64,000 nucleotides of DNA from Macrostomum hystrix (GCA_950097015.1 CATNEN010000002.1:5828001-5892000), one strand, 5' to 3'; shown: positions 49,401-61,490, numbered from the stretch's first letter. Notes: generated by a model not told the origin, from the sequence alone. Numbers and translations are program-made.

Positions 49401-50724
49401 ATTGTAATCGATTTGAGCACTTCGTTATTGAGCGTTGAGCACTGGAATCTGTTAAGGAAGGCGTTGCCAAAGCGAGACAGCGGCCTGAACGGCTTCTGAG
49501 TGTCAACAACCAGCGCGTTGCCGGGCACCACTCCCTCGTGCTCATCGTGCATGACGGCAATGAACCTGTCTGTGGTGGGCTCTGGCCCGATTCGAATCCC
49601 CGGGAAGTCATTCTCCAGCAGGTACTTGATGAAGGTGGTTTTGCCGGTGGAATACTGGCCGACTAGCAGGATCATTGGCTTGCTGCAACATCACAGTTGG
49701 CTGGATTAATAATCATCTCAACCCTTTAACAGGATCCGAAATCCCACCCTAAAATTTTACAGCATAAAATTCCTAACCTTTGCTATGGGACTTGGGATTT
49801 ACGATTCCCACCTTTAGTTGTGGGATTTAGGATTGATAATTCCAAACCTTAGCAATAGGATTTAGTAGATATAATCCCGGATTCCCCACTCATTTTATTT
49901 TTATTTAGGGTCTTAAATTACCACCCTCTCCAATGGGATTAGGGCCTATAATCCCTACCTATTCCAATAGGAATTAAGGTCAATAATCCCTACCTATTCC
50001 AATAGGAATTGAGGTCAATAATCCCTACCTTTTCCAATCGGATTTCAGGTCTATAATCTCTACCTATTCAAACGGGATCTAAAATCTATAATCCCTACCT
50101 ATTCCAATCGGATTTCAGGTCTATAATCCCTACCTATTCCAATAGGAATTAAGGTCAATAATCCCTACCTATTCCAATAGGAATTAAGGTCAATAATCCC
50201 TACCTATTCCAATAGGAATTGAGGTCAATAATCCCTACCTTTTCCAATCGGATTTCAGGTCTATAATCTCTACCTATTCAAACGGGATCTAAAATCTATA
50301 ATCCCTACCTATTCCAATGGGATTTTAGGTCTATAATCCTACCTATTCCAATGGGATCTAAAGTCTATAATCCCTACCTATTCCAATGGGATTTTAGGTC
50401 TATAATCCTACCTATTCCAATATGAATTAAGGTCAATAATCCCTACCTTTTCCTATCGGATTTCAGGTCTACAATCCCTACCTAATCCAATGGGATTAAA
50501 AGTTTTCAGCGGGATAGATATTTTTCTATCTACAAAATTTTAAGAAGATCCCAGACGCACCTGCTAAAGTCTGCATCCTCCAGTGCTGGCTGGTGAAAGT
50601 CGTGAAACTTGTAGGCCTCCTCCAGCGGCAATAGTTTAGTCTTATAGATCTTCATCATGCCGCTGGCCACCGAATGGAATGCCTCGGTGTGGAGGTTCTC
50701 CTGCTTACGCATAAAGGAAAACAT
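46402..50724 (-). CDS. EHD1: EH-domain-containing ATPase EHD1/Past1/RME-1, complement join(50561..50724,49375..49682,48314..48556,47203..47678,46402..46809), ~532 aa
   Basis: [18 protein letters not shown] (P-loop), [45 protein letters not shown] and the C-terminal EH domain ([25 protein letters not shown]). Phases are consistent; 1599 nt. Paralog assignment is nominal. Confidence 0.97.
46920..47140. repeat. 22-bp minisatellite (ACCTGAGGATCTAAATGTTTAT) in EHD1 intron 4
   Basis: Tandem copies; on the sense strand each contains TCCTCAG|GT. Confidence 0.93.
47705..48130. repeat. ~43-45-bp array (CATTGGGATTTCTTGGAAACCTTGAAGCTAGA...) in EHD1 intron 3
   Basis: Tandem copies. Confidence 0.92.
48690..49280. 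repeat. 18-bp minisatellite (GGGATGATTGATCGATTA) in EHD1 intron 2
   Basis: Tandem copies. Confidence 0.96.
49945..50500. repeat. ~33-bp array (ATAATCCCTACCTATTCCAAT...) in EHD1 intron 1
   Basis: Tandem copies. Confidence 0.93.
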
Positions 50725-50828
50725 TTCCACAGGCTGGACAGCTCTGAAATTAGACCAGATTCTGGGACTGCTTAATTCTTGTAGCCTTTTAGATATTTAA
50801 ATAACCAATGTGAAATCATTCCGTCATA

Positions 50829-53083
50829 CGAGGGGCATCCCAAAAAAGTTTCAGCAATTGAGTTTGAGCCATAGACACATAGCAGCTTATTGTTATTTGA
50901 GTGCAAGATAGATAGACATATATCGGATCACAGAGTAAAACTTTAGCTCGTTGCCTTGAAAAAAATTATAGCAAGTCCCGGCAGCATTTTGTGAGCCCAC
51001 TAGCCTCCCGCGCCTATTTTCGCTCACCCTCGTTGCCTGCCACAGCAGCTCTGCTCCCATAGAGTGTTCAAGCAGCAGTTGACAAATTCTATTGGCACGT
51101 CTGTAGTTGGTTTGCTACAACTGTTGCTAGATTTAAGTATCGGCAAAAGCTTGTGCTTGTTTATTTAGTTTTGTCGTGGGGTTACATTCAAGTCGTAACC
51201 GGGCGACTGTACCTAACGAAAACAAGGGTCATCCAAGAAGTTAGTAGTATGAATCGAATATGCAAAACAGTAGACGAGTTTCTAAATTTCCAGGGGTTGC
51301 TGCAGTAAAAAAGATTTTCGTTCCGTCGAAAATTAGTACGAGTATATATGGCCGATAGTCAAGACATGCTGTAATATTGATTTTCGTTCCACTGTTCAGC
51401 TAATGCTATTCCTGCAATTTATGACTTTGATACTTGCGCACTAAGACATAAAGTTTGTAACTGCCCTGTCGCAGTGTGCACAGTATCTAGTTTTGTTTAG
51501 GGTATAAGTCTATATGTCTAATTCAAGTCTAAATATGAATTTCAATTACACCTGTAAACATAGCCAGCAGATCATAGATAGCCTTGGCCAACTCTGATTA
51601 CTGCGCATGAGGCGATGCAAGCCGCCGACTCAGGTCTACAGAACTTCATTTTGGACAGTGATTCGGATGAGGATTAATTTGCGACCGCACCTGACAATGA
51701 TGATGGATTGAACGATGGTGAGGCCATCCTGACGAAGTTCCTGCTGAAGCTCAGCAAGCGGAAGCTGGCGAAAACTGGCATGATACAAGCACAGAAAAAG
51801 ACCATCGTCCAAACCCGGTTCCCGAATTTCTCGAAGTATCTGGCTTGCATCCTAATTTCACTGTGCCAGGGGAAATTGAAGATAGAATCGCGACTATCAT
51901 TGGACAGTTCCTACCTGACAGCCTCGTACAATCTTTATGCGACTGGAAAAATGGCATAGCAGCTATTTAGACTCTGCAGGTTCAGCAGGGCGGCGGCGAG
52001 TTGCCATGGAAACCGCGTAGCTGAAAACCATGCAATCTGAACGAGATGAAAAATTTCATTGGTATCCTGCTTCATATCGCGAAACAGGTTCCAGCTCATC
52101 TTGACTTGGTTCCATTGCTACGACTATTTCTGACGTTGGTGCAGGCGATCTGCCAGAACAAGTACATGCCACAGCAAAACATTTCGATCGACGAGTCATT
52201 GCTGCTGTACAAAGGCAGGCTTCATTTCCGTCAATTCATGCCAAACAAGAAAGCGAAATTTGGAATCAAGCTATACTGTCTGGTGGAATCAAGCAGCGGC
52301 TACTTGTGGAACTTTCTAGTTCATTCAACGGTGGCTCAAAACAACTTATTTGGCCTAGATGCTCCACAGTTGTCCCTCTCTGAATGTATCGTAGTTGAAC
52401 TGTCTTGGGATATCCTGGATCCCGGGTACAGAATACAGAATATTTTGCGACACTTGGTTTTCGTCAGCACAGCTTGCTGAATGGCTGCTGCAACGAGGAA
52501 GCCTGTTGACGGGCACGGTACGGCAGCAACGCGGCGTGCCTGCTGCTTTGCGGGAGAAGGCTTTGAACCCACCATCAAGCGCTTTCTCTAGATGCGGGGA
52601 TTTGTATTAAAGAACTCGGAGTGGCAATCGAGCACCACTGCTGGAACATCAAGGTCATCGGTTCTGTGGCTCTGCAAAGGAGCCAACAAGATGATGATCA
52701 TAGCATGTTACAACATGTTCGGCATCATTCTCATCCACTTCTGCACAAACATGCCAGTTCGCACACAGGGCGCATTGTGCAGGACCTTCTGAGGGACTAC
52801 CAGTGGGAAGTGCTGCCTCATCCACCTTATTCACCTGACCTCAGTCCATGCGACTTTGACCTCTTCCCAAAACTCAAGAACCGGCGCCACTATCACTGCC
52901 TATATGAACTGTTCAAGGAGGTTGGCCACATGGCGAAAGAACTGTGCACTTCAGGAGCTGCTGATGGAGCGCAGGATTCGAGCCTGTGGATGTTACTTAA
53001 AAGGCTTTTAAACTGTTCTTTTTTCTGAAACCTTAAAGTTGAAAATTATTAATTGATTGCTGAAACTTTTGGGACAACCCTTG
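50829..53083 (+). mobile_element. Defective mariner (DD34D) element with TA TSD, carrying a piggyBac fragment
   Basis: TA|CGAGGGGCATCCCAAAAAAGTTTCAGCAAT pairs with ATTGCTGAAACTTTTGGGACAACCCTTG|TA. 52610-52980 encodes NKMMIIACYNMFGIILIH (one frame) and LLHKHASSHT..WEVLPHPPYSPDLSPCDFDLFPKLK (another frame). Confidence 0.85.
51605..52610 (+). pseudogene. piggyBac (DDE_Tnp_1_7/PGBD4-like) transposase fragment, frameshifted and 3'-truncated
   Basis: NISIDESLLLYKGRLHFRQFMPNKKAKFGIKLYCLVESSSGYLWNF, then (frameshift) IFCDTWFSSAQLAEWL...GTVRQQRGVP; the third catalytic Asp region is missing. Confidence 0.9.
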
Positions 53084-56000
53084 TATGAATTAGAGTGTCC
53101 TAAGCAAATACTTTTTTAGAAACAGGCAAATCTTAACATACAAACAATTTTGTGTTTTTTAACTCTTTTATTTTATTGCACTTTGAGCTATAAAAAAATA
53201 TTTCTTTTCTAGCAATATAAATAGCAAGCATAATTGAAGGCCTAGGTCTTTTAAAATACTCTGAATTCAGTTTCATCACATGGACATTGAGCTATAGACT
53301 CCAGTGGTCTTGGAGTATTATAGCTATATAAAGCTCAAAGTATAATAGACAATATAAACTTTAAGATTACTTTAAATGTCCTTGGTTAAAAAGTGGGCAT
53401 GATTGTTACAGGAAATGGTATAGGGGGCACTTAGGAGCCCTGAGCTATAGTAGGCAGTGCTTATTGGCACAGAAGACTAGACAGATGTGCTTTGATCATG
53501 GATGTCAAGCTATAGCAACAAATGGTAAAATCAATGAGTAAAACATGATACCTATACTCTGGATCATGTACTTCATACCAGAATTTTTTAACTGTATTAG
53601 GGTTACTAACTACTTTGACTACAACTTTATATGTTTTGACCAGATTACTAGGGTTTATTCAAATACTATTAGTAGCTGGCACTAAAGTTGTTTTAGTTTG
53701 GGTAGGTAGGTAGCATTTATTAAAAAAATCATTGAAGTTAGATGTCCTATTGGAGGGAATCAGAAAAAATGTGTCTAATAAGCATACACAGTTTGTTGGC
53801 ATGCAGACAAAAACTCAATTTATTTTCTATCATACAGGATCCAGAGCATGTCATGTGTCTATGCTATATGTGCATTATATTTGAGGTTTTCGTTTCATTT
53901 GATCTGAGACTAAGAGTGAGACTAAGGTAAGCCTACATATGCTTCTATATAAAAGAAATGTATGATCTATTACAAATTTATAAGAATTTATAAGATAACA
54001 ATATATATTTGTTATTTTGTCACAGCATTGTTGTGGATGATGCAGGACTTAGGAGTCTATCATTTTAGTCTTCTGTGTCAATGAGAGCCATTTTACCACC
54101 ATACCATTTTATCACCATATCAATATAGCAATCTTCTTTAAGTTATTGACATGGTGCCATTACAATAAAGCATAGCTATAGCTAAAACTTCTAATAACTA
54201 AGCCCTACTAATATTATTATATTAGATGTTATTAGTTAGCTTGGTCTTATAATTAGACCTATGCTTAATATACCAAAATAGATATACATATACACTTGTA
54301 TGTCTTCCACATGGATATTTTAGAGACTTATAAATTTGCTACTGCTTATTAAACATACAATTTATGTGCAGTATAGCTAGAGCAGTAGAGTTTTGCAAGT
54401 GCCAACAAAAATAAATATGTTTATAATTAAAATTTTCAAAGCCATAAGTATAAAGCCATAAGTATAGAGTTTAAACTCAACTACTAATGAAATTAGAAGA
54501 TTTATTAATGTAATAAATTATGAGCGTCATGCTCATCATCATAATTTACTGCAACGCAAGAGTACATAGGATAACAATCTTAAACGTAGTAAGTTTAACT
54601 TACTAGGCTTACTAAACTGACTAAACTAAACTTACTAAACTTACTAGGCTTATGTAGCAGTAGAGTGTTGGCTCAGGCAAGCAGCCTGTTTTGCCAATAT
54701 TGAGCAAGTGTATTTTTTAATTAGGAATGATTTATTGTAACTTAGCTAGCAACTAGGACTGTTATAATATCGGAAACGTGTAATACTGGTCCGGCTTATA
54801 AGTAATTTGTCGATTCAAAAGGTACCACTTTCGTAGAAAAGGGGCGTGTTTCAAACATTCTCCAAATGTAGTAAATCAAACCAAGCAGATTTGAAAAAAA
54901 GATTCTGTTAAAATGTGAACCCTTCTTTGAGAAATAATTAGTTTTAATATTTTTTTAATTGTTTTTTTAATTACTAGTTTTAATATATAAATGACTGCAA
55001 AACATAAAAAAGAAGAGAGAATGCTACAAGAAGTCTCGATCAATATTTGCCTTATTTACACTGAAAATATTCACAGAGTCGGGACACAGACCAACAATTT
55101 TTATCTGCGTATGCATACTTTTCGTAATGGAACTTTAAGAATCATACTGTTACGATTTTAGAGCGATTTGTGTAGCGATATATTTTAGCAAGTCAGGGAG
55201 CAGACGAATATATTAGGCGAGCAGAAATACCGCTACACACCGATAGAGTGATCGTTCGTCTTCTTTCTCTTCGTCACTTCGTCACAATGCTTTTTTAAAC
55301 GCATGAGAATATCCAGTCAACTGATAAGCTGCGCTTGTTCAACAATCACATTTTTGCCCCGTTTTGAACTTACTTGATCAGCTGCTGTCGATTGATCATT
55401 ATATTTATAATGATGCAGGGTACTCTGATCAATCGATGCCATTTTTATCCAAATAGTTACTTCTTACAGGTCTATGTTTTATTTTGTTACTTACCGATAT
55501 TTTCATACATTTTATTGCAATGTATTTTTTGCTTCTTCACTATTCCAAACAGACAGTATAAAAAAGTACAGTTCAACAAACGGCAAAATAAGTTTCATCC
55601 AAAACCGAAGATGATTAATTTCGCATGTCAGGCTAGCCTCATTTACCACTGCATGCTGAGCTCCAGTTTCTCAATGTGGGCCCATCTAAATTGTGAAGAA
55701 CTTGCGAGAGAGAGAGTCGTCTTTCCTAGTTCGAAGTCAGAATTGCGTGACGCGGTTTAATAAATCGGAGCTCATTTTCGGGAGCTGAGAAATCTGCAGA
55801 ACATTTTCTCAGTACATCTTGGCCGGAGGAGAATCAGCCCCATATTGCGGTACATTCGCAGCAGACTTGAAAGCAGCTTTGCTTTGGAGGCCCACCGGCC
55901 ACGAAATAAAACTAACATGCAGCTTCTCAGTCCATCAATCACCATCTGCAATCGTCACCGCAGGCGCAGCCTAAGCGCAAGTTCAGAGCTCAGTGCTCGA

Positions 56001-56242
56001 TCTCTAAACTGCTCAAGTCTGAGCCATGTACTCTGCTTTGGGAGGAAGACGATTATATTTTGTAGATCGATCTCATCTAATTAGAATTGAAATTTGTTTT
56101 CAATCAAATCGGTGACAAAAAAGTTGAGGAAAAATGAAGCGATTCATCTCCTCAAGATTACTGGCTGTTCATCATTCTAGATTAACTTTTTGTAGAAACT
56201 GCATCGCGTTTCATGTTGGCTTACGTCTATACTCGTATACTA

Positions 56243-57369
56243 TAGCTTTTGTCAGGCTATCTCAGCGAATGGGCATTCAAACTCAGCCAGCCCATCTTGT
56301 CACTGCGGTTTTTTACTGAAGCTGCTAATTTTTACCATAGACATGCATTTTAAGACCATGCTATCTCAGCTTGGGACGAGCAATCTCAGCCAACAAATAA
56401 GTTCTATGTTATTCTGTCTATAGTTTTGTTAACATATGAAGCTGTTCCGCCAAAATGAGGGCAACAGGAACGTTGATGGAAGACGCTTGATCTCCGCGTG
56501 GACGGAAGGACAGGATATTGGTCTAGCCGCTACAATTCTTGGCATCAAATTGAAAACCGCTCGCCACATCATTGCCACTTTTGAAGCTACAGGTCGGATT
56601 GATGCTCTTCAGCGCGGAGGCCGGAAGATTGGCTTGCAAGCTGGACAACGAGATGCGCCAAGTGCTCATCGGCCTCTTAAATGAAAATCCGATGGCGACA
56701 CTGAAAGCATTGCAGACTAATCTCGCTGCTCAGCTTCCAGACAAGCCACCGGTCTCCATTAAGACAATAGCCAGAGCTCTGGATGGAGCTTACTCGCCGT
56801 TTCTCAACCCGTGTAAGATGGCTCATAGTGCAGTGAAGGCTTCGATCAAGCTGCAGCTCGCTGACCCCGCACTGGTGGAGGAAAAAGCTGGTGGCCGACC
56901 TGATGGAGTCACCTGCGTGGAATGGCGCATTTTTCTGCTGGAGCGATTGGGCCGAGACTCTTTGCAAGTTGTGACGCCAATGAAGGTAGCCAGGTGGGAA
57001 ATTCACTGCAACCAGAGCTTCCCATAATGCATCCAGGAGGTACCATTCAACTAAACTGAAATAGCCTGTTAACTGATCGTCTCTGGTTGCCATTTTCAAA
57101 GTTTGCTCTGTATATCCCATCCCATACTCAGTTTTCTGTTACCCAGTTTTTCTCTTGTAAATAGACTGCTTAAAAATGTTAACAAAACTATAGACAGAAT
57201 AACATAGAACTTATATGTTGGCTGAGATTGCCCGTCCCAAGCTGAGATAGCATGGTCTTAAAATGCATGTCTATGGTAAAAATTAGCAGCTTCAGTAAAA
57301 AAACCGCAGTGACAAGATGGGCTGGCTGAGTTTGAATGCCCATAGGCTGAGATAGCCTGACAAAAGCTA
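56243..57369 (+). mobile_element. Tc1/IS630-like element with ~193-bp near-perfect TIRs, TA TSD and internally deleted transposase
   Basis: TA|TAGCTTTTGTCAGGCTATCTCAGC...GTTAACAT (56243-56435) pairs with ATGTTAAC...GCTGAGATAGCCTGACAAAAGCTA|TA (57176-57369). ORF from ATG 56436 gives an HTH region (one frameshift) joined directly to AYSPFLNP. Confidence 0.92.
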
Positions 57370-57439
57370 TATTCTAGTTTACTCTTTCTTTTCTATTTGG
57401 AGTTCTATTCTATGGAGTTTCTATTAAATATTCTATGAT

Positions 57440-57650
57440 AGGGATGTTGAAGCCTTGTGGTCAGAGCGTCGGACTCACGACTTGAAGGTCGGGGGTTCGA
57501 TTCCTGACTCCACTGGAACAATTTGTGTCCTTTAGCGGGACACTTAATTCTGCATTACTTCAGTTCACCCAGCTGTTAATTGGGTACCAGCATCAGCTGG
57601 GGTAATTAAGGGTGGGTGTGGCATCCCCAGTCCATGGACTGAACAACTGT
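57440..57650 (+). mobile_element. tRNA-derived CORE-like SINE (family A), 3'-truncated
   Basis: GGTTCGATTCC B box; GTGTCCTTTAGCGGGACACTTAA...TCAGTTCACCCAGCTGTTAATTGGG resembles the CORE domain. Confidence 0.85.
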
Positions 57651-58287
57651 ACTTTAAAATTGTCTAGTAATCTTACTCAAATTTCAGCCCCAATAATCAA
57701 TTTCTCCTCTCAAATTTTGAGATCAAAATATTCAAAGCTGTTGTTTTATACCGCAGTTTTTGTTCGTTTAACATCAGGCAACACACATGCACAATGTAAT
57801 TAATGTTCAACTGTTGGCTGACTGCACGGCTGTAAAACTGTATACTGGCTACTTCGAATCAAGAGGTTTTATGTGAACCAAATCCTAGCTTTTACAGCTG
57901 AGCTCAGAGACTGTACTGGCATGATGAAGCTGCCCAATCATGCCTCATTAGTGATGCACCAGTTAGCCCAGTGCAAGTTTTAATGAAATTTCTCGGCAAC
58001 TCCACTTTGATGTTATTGATGTCCAACTGGTTCTAATCTTGCCTAATGGGCATCAAACAGCCAATGAGAGGGCAGCCAGTATTAGCTACAATTTGGCTCG
58101 ACCAATCACAGTATAGGAGAATACTTATTAAACTGGTACAGTTATCCCCTATTAACAGCTGAAGCTGTCTGATGCTGCAAGAAAGTATTTTGTCTTCACA
58201 ACAGTTTCCTAAACGACAATCTCGTTAATCAACTCGAGCTACTCGCAGTTAGGGGGGCTGCGTGAACTGCCCTGTCTCATTGTTCGC

Positions 58288-58698
58288 ATGCAGCCCGAAG
58301 TACATCAGGCCTGTCCGCTGCAGACGCAGCCGCCGCCGCCGCCGCCATCGCCGCCACATCAGCACCAACGGCCCAGAATCCCTTTGAGACATCGATTGTA
58401 CCACCTTGGCTCCCTCAGCCTCTTCATCCTTGGCCTCTGTGGCTTCATCGCTGCCTCGTTGAGCTTATCAATCTACCTTGGCGAAGCTACCGCTGCAGCC
58501 GCAGTTGTTGAAGCTGCCGACAACGATGTCATTGTAAGCGAGGCGCGACCCCAGCAACCGCAGCGGGGGCTCCTGGTCGGCGGCGCGATGGGGTTGTCAG
58601 CCAGTTTTATTCTGCTCCTGGCTGGCAGCGTCTGCTGCGTGGTTGCTAAGCGACAGTCGGTTACAGCAAGCTACGGAGCAGCTTTGCGCCTCAACTGA
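58288..58698 (+). CDS. Small single-exon protein with two predicted TM helices, function unknown (136 aa)
   Basis: GC-rich ATG-TGA ORF with the same exon-like composition as the verified genes; hydrophobic segments LSLFILGLCGFIAASLSLSIYL and LLVGGAMGLSASFILLLAGSVCCVV. Confidence 0.6.
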   Translation: MQPEVHQACPLQTQPPPPPPSPPHQHQRPRIPLRHRLYHLGSLSLFILGLCGFIAASLSLSIYLGEATAAAAVVEAADNDVIVSEARPQQPQRGLLVGGAMGLSASFILLLAGSVCCVVAKRQSVTASYGAALRLN

Positions 58699-58834
58699 AG
58701 AGCACCTGGAAACTCGCCCCTCCTTCCACCTGCTAGATAAGTATTCAACAAATCAGCTCTTAGAATTGTGGATGGGTTCCGGTTTGTTCAACATTCCTCT
58801 GCATCCTTTGTGATGGACTTCAGCTTGCGAACTC

Positions 58835-60298
58835 TAAAATAGGCACTCTTGATTCACTATAAAATAGACAATCATTATTCACTCTTAAATAGGCACTCTT
58901 GATTTACTCTAAAATAGGCGCTCTTGATTCACTCTAAAATAGGCACCCTTGATTCACTCTAAAATAGGCGCTCTTGAATCACTCTAAAATAGGCACTCTT
59001 GATTTACTCTAAAATAGGCGCTCTTGATTCACTCTAAAATAGGCACCCTTGATTCACTCTAAAATAGGCGCTCTTGATTCACTCTAAAATAGGCACTCTT
59101 GATTCACTCTAAAATAGGCACTCTTGATTCACTCTAAAATAGGCACTCTTGATTCACTCTAAAATAGGCACTCTTGATTCACTCTCAAATAGGCACTCTT
59201 GATTCACTCTAAAAATAAAGAGTGAAATAAAATCAAGCACTCTTGATTCACTCTAAAATAGGCACTCTTGATTCACTCTAAAATAGGCACTCTTGATTCA
59301 CTCTAAAATAGGCACTCTTGATTCACTCTCAAATAGGCACTCTGGATTCACTCTAAAATAGGCACTCTTGATTCACTCTCAAATAGGCACTCTTGATTCA
59401 CTCTAAAATAGGCACTCTTGATTCACTCTCAAATAGGCACTCTTGATTCACTATAAAATAGGCACCCTTGATTCACTCTAAAATAGGCACTCTTGATTCA
59501 CTCTAAAATAGGCACTCTTGATTCACTCTAAAATAGACAATCATTATTCACTCTAAAATAGGCATTCTTGATTCACTCTAAAATAGACAATCATTATTCA
59601 CTCTAAAATAGGCACTCTTCATTCACTCTAAAATAGGCACTCTTGATTCACTCTAAAATAGGCACTCTTGATTTACTCTAAAATAGACAATCATTATTCA
59701 CTCTTAAATAGGCACTCTTGATTCACTCTAAAATAGGCGCTCTTGATTCACTCTAAAATAGGCACCCTTGATTCACTCTAAAATAGGCGCTCTTGATTCA
59801 CTCTAAAAATAAAGAGTGAAATAAAATAGGCACTCTTGATTCACTCTAAAATAGGCACTCTTGATTCACTCTCAAATAGGCACTCTTGATTCACTCTAAA
59901 ATAGGCACTCTTGATTCACTCTCAAATAGGCACTCTTGATTCACTCTAAAATAGGCACTCTTGATTCACTCTAAAATAGGCACTCTTGATTCACTCTAAA
60001 ATAGACAATCATTATTCACTCTAAAATAGGCACTCTTGATTCACTCTAAAATAGACAATCATTATTCACTCTAAAATAGGCACTCTTCATTCTCTCTAAA
60101 ATAGGCACTCTTGATTCACTCTAAAATAGGCACTCTTGATTTACTCTAAAATAGACAATCATTATTCACTCTTAAATAGGCACTCTTGATTCACTCTAAA
60201 ATAGGCGCTCTTGATTCACTCTAAAATAGGCACTCTTGATTCACTCTAAAATAGGCACTCTTGATTCACTCTAAAATAGGCACTCTTGATTCACTCTA
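58835..60298. repeat. 25-bp minisatellite (CACTCTTGATTCACTCTAAAATAGG), ~58 units
   Basis: Tandem copies with recurring variants. Confidence 0.98.
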
Positions 60299-61104
60299 GT
60301 TTTAGATATTTAAAAATAACTTTTAAACAAAGTATGAAACGAAATCATTCAATCAGTTGAAATGGAAAACGAAAATTGTATAAAAAGTTATTTGCTACTG
60401 ATTTGCTTTGATATTGTCAGACAATCGAAAGTCGCTATCTACTATCAAGATTTCTCTGGGAAGTGTATCATCCACGACAAGAAAAAATCTCCAAAGTCAT
60501 CAATCCCTATCAAAACACAACTAGAATTTGCCTGTCAAATGCTTGTGCCAAAATAAGCGAGAACTCATTTTCTCATTGTAACTGATTGCGTCATTATTTT
60601 GTAAATTACCATAGAACATTGAGAATTTCAAGAGAAAAAGTGGCATAATCACTGCAATAAACTTAATTTATAAACTCGACGCGAGAGTAATTTGAATTTC
60701 AACAACCACCGGTTGCAAAGTAAAACAAAACTTTAACTTTTTATTTCGGTACCTATTATTTCGCTTTTTCGTTGTCGTTTTATACTCGACTAATTTTGAT
60801 ATCGATAAATCTTTTTACATGCATAAAGCCTGCAAGCCTATGCATAAGTTGTCCAAATTACAGTGCATTATGGAGGTACTGGTTTTGCGAGCTGCACAGT
60901 CAATATTTGAGCAAATTGGACATATAAGACAGAAAGCAAAAGAGAGAACAGCCTAAATATAAGTCTAAATATAAATGCACCAGTATTATTTGAACGGTGC
61001 AATATACTCGTAAAAAAGCCTCTATGTTTCGAAAAAAAATAAATAACAATAAAATCTTCAGTTCTAGTAATGCACTAATAAAAAGTAACATCAAAAGTAA
61101 CTAA

Positions 61105-61490
61105 AGATCTAGCTGCGATTCCAGCTGAGGATCTAGCTGCGATTCCGACTGAAGATCTAGCTACGATTTTAGCTGAAGATCTAGTTACGATTCCAACTGA
61201 GGATCTTCTAGCTACGATTCCAGCTGAGGATCTAGCTACGATTCTAACTGAAGATCTAGCTGCGATTCCATCTAAAGATCTAGCTACGATTCCAACTGAA
61301 GATCTAGCTACGATTCCAGCTGAGGATCTAGCTATGATTCCAGCTGAGGATCTAGCTACGATTCCAGCTGAGGATCTAGCTATGATTCCAGCTGAGGATC
61401 TAGCTACGATTCCAGCTGAGGATCTAGCTGCGATTACAACTGAAGATCTAGCTACGATTCCAGCTGAGGATCTAGCTACGATTCCAACTT
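61105..61490. repeat. 24-bp minisatellite (GATCTAGCTACGATTCCAGCTGAG)
   Basis: Tandem copies. Confidence 0.95.

Noticed and set aside
53380-54190. Weak inverted similarity (GGCACAGAAGACTA vs TAGTCTTCTGTGTC) suggesting an old MITE
   Set aside because: The match is too short and no termini can be defined in AT-rich sequence.
55374-56319. ORFs 55374-55760, 55845-56084, 56134-56319 and 62147-62877
   Set aside because: No recognisable motifs, poor coding-like composition, and no consistent splice structure.
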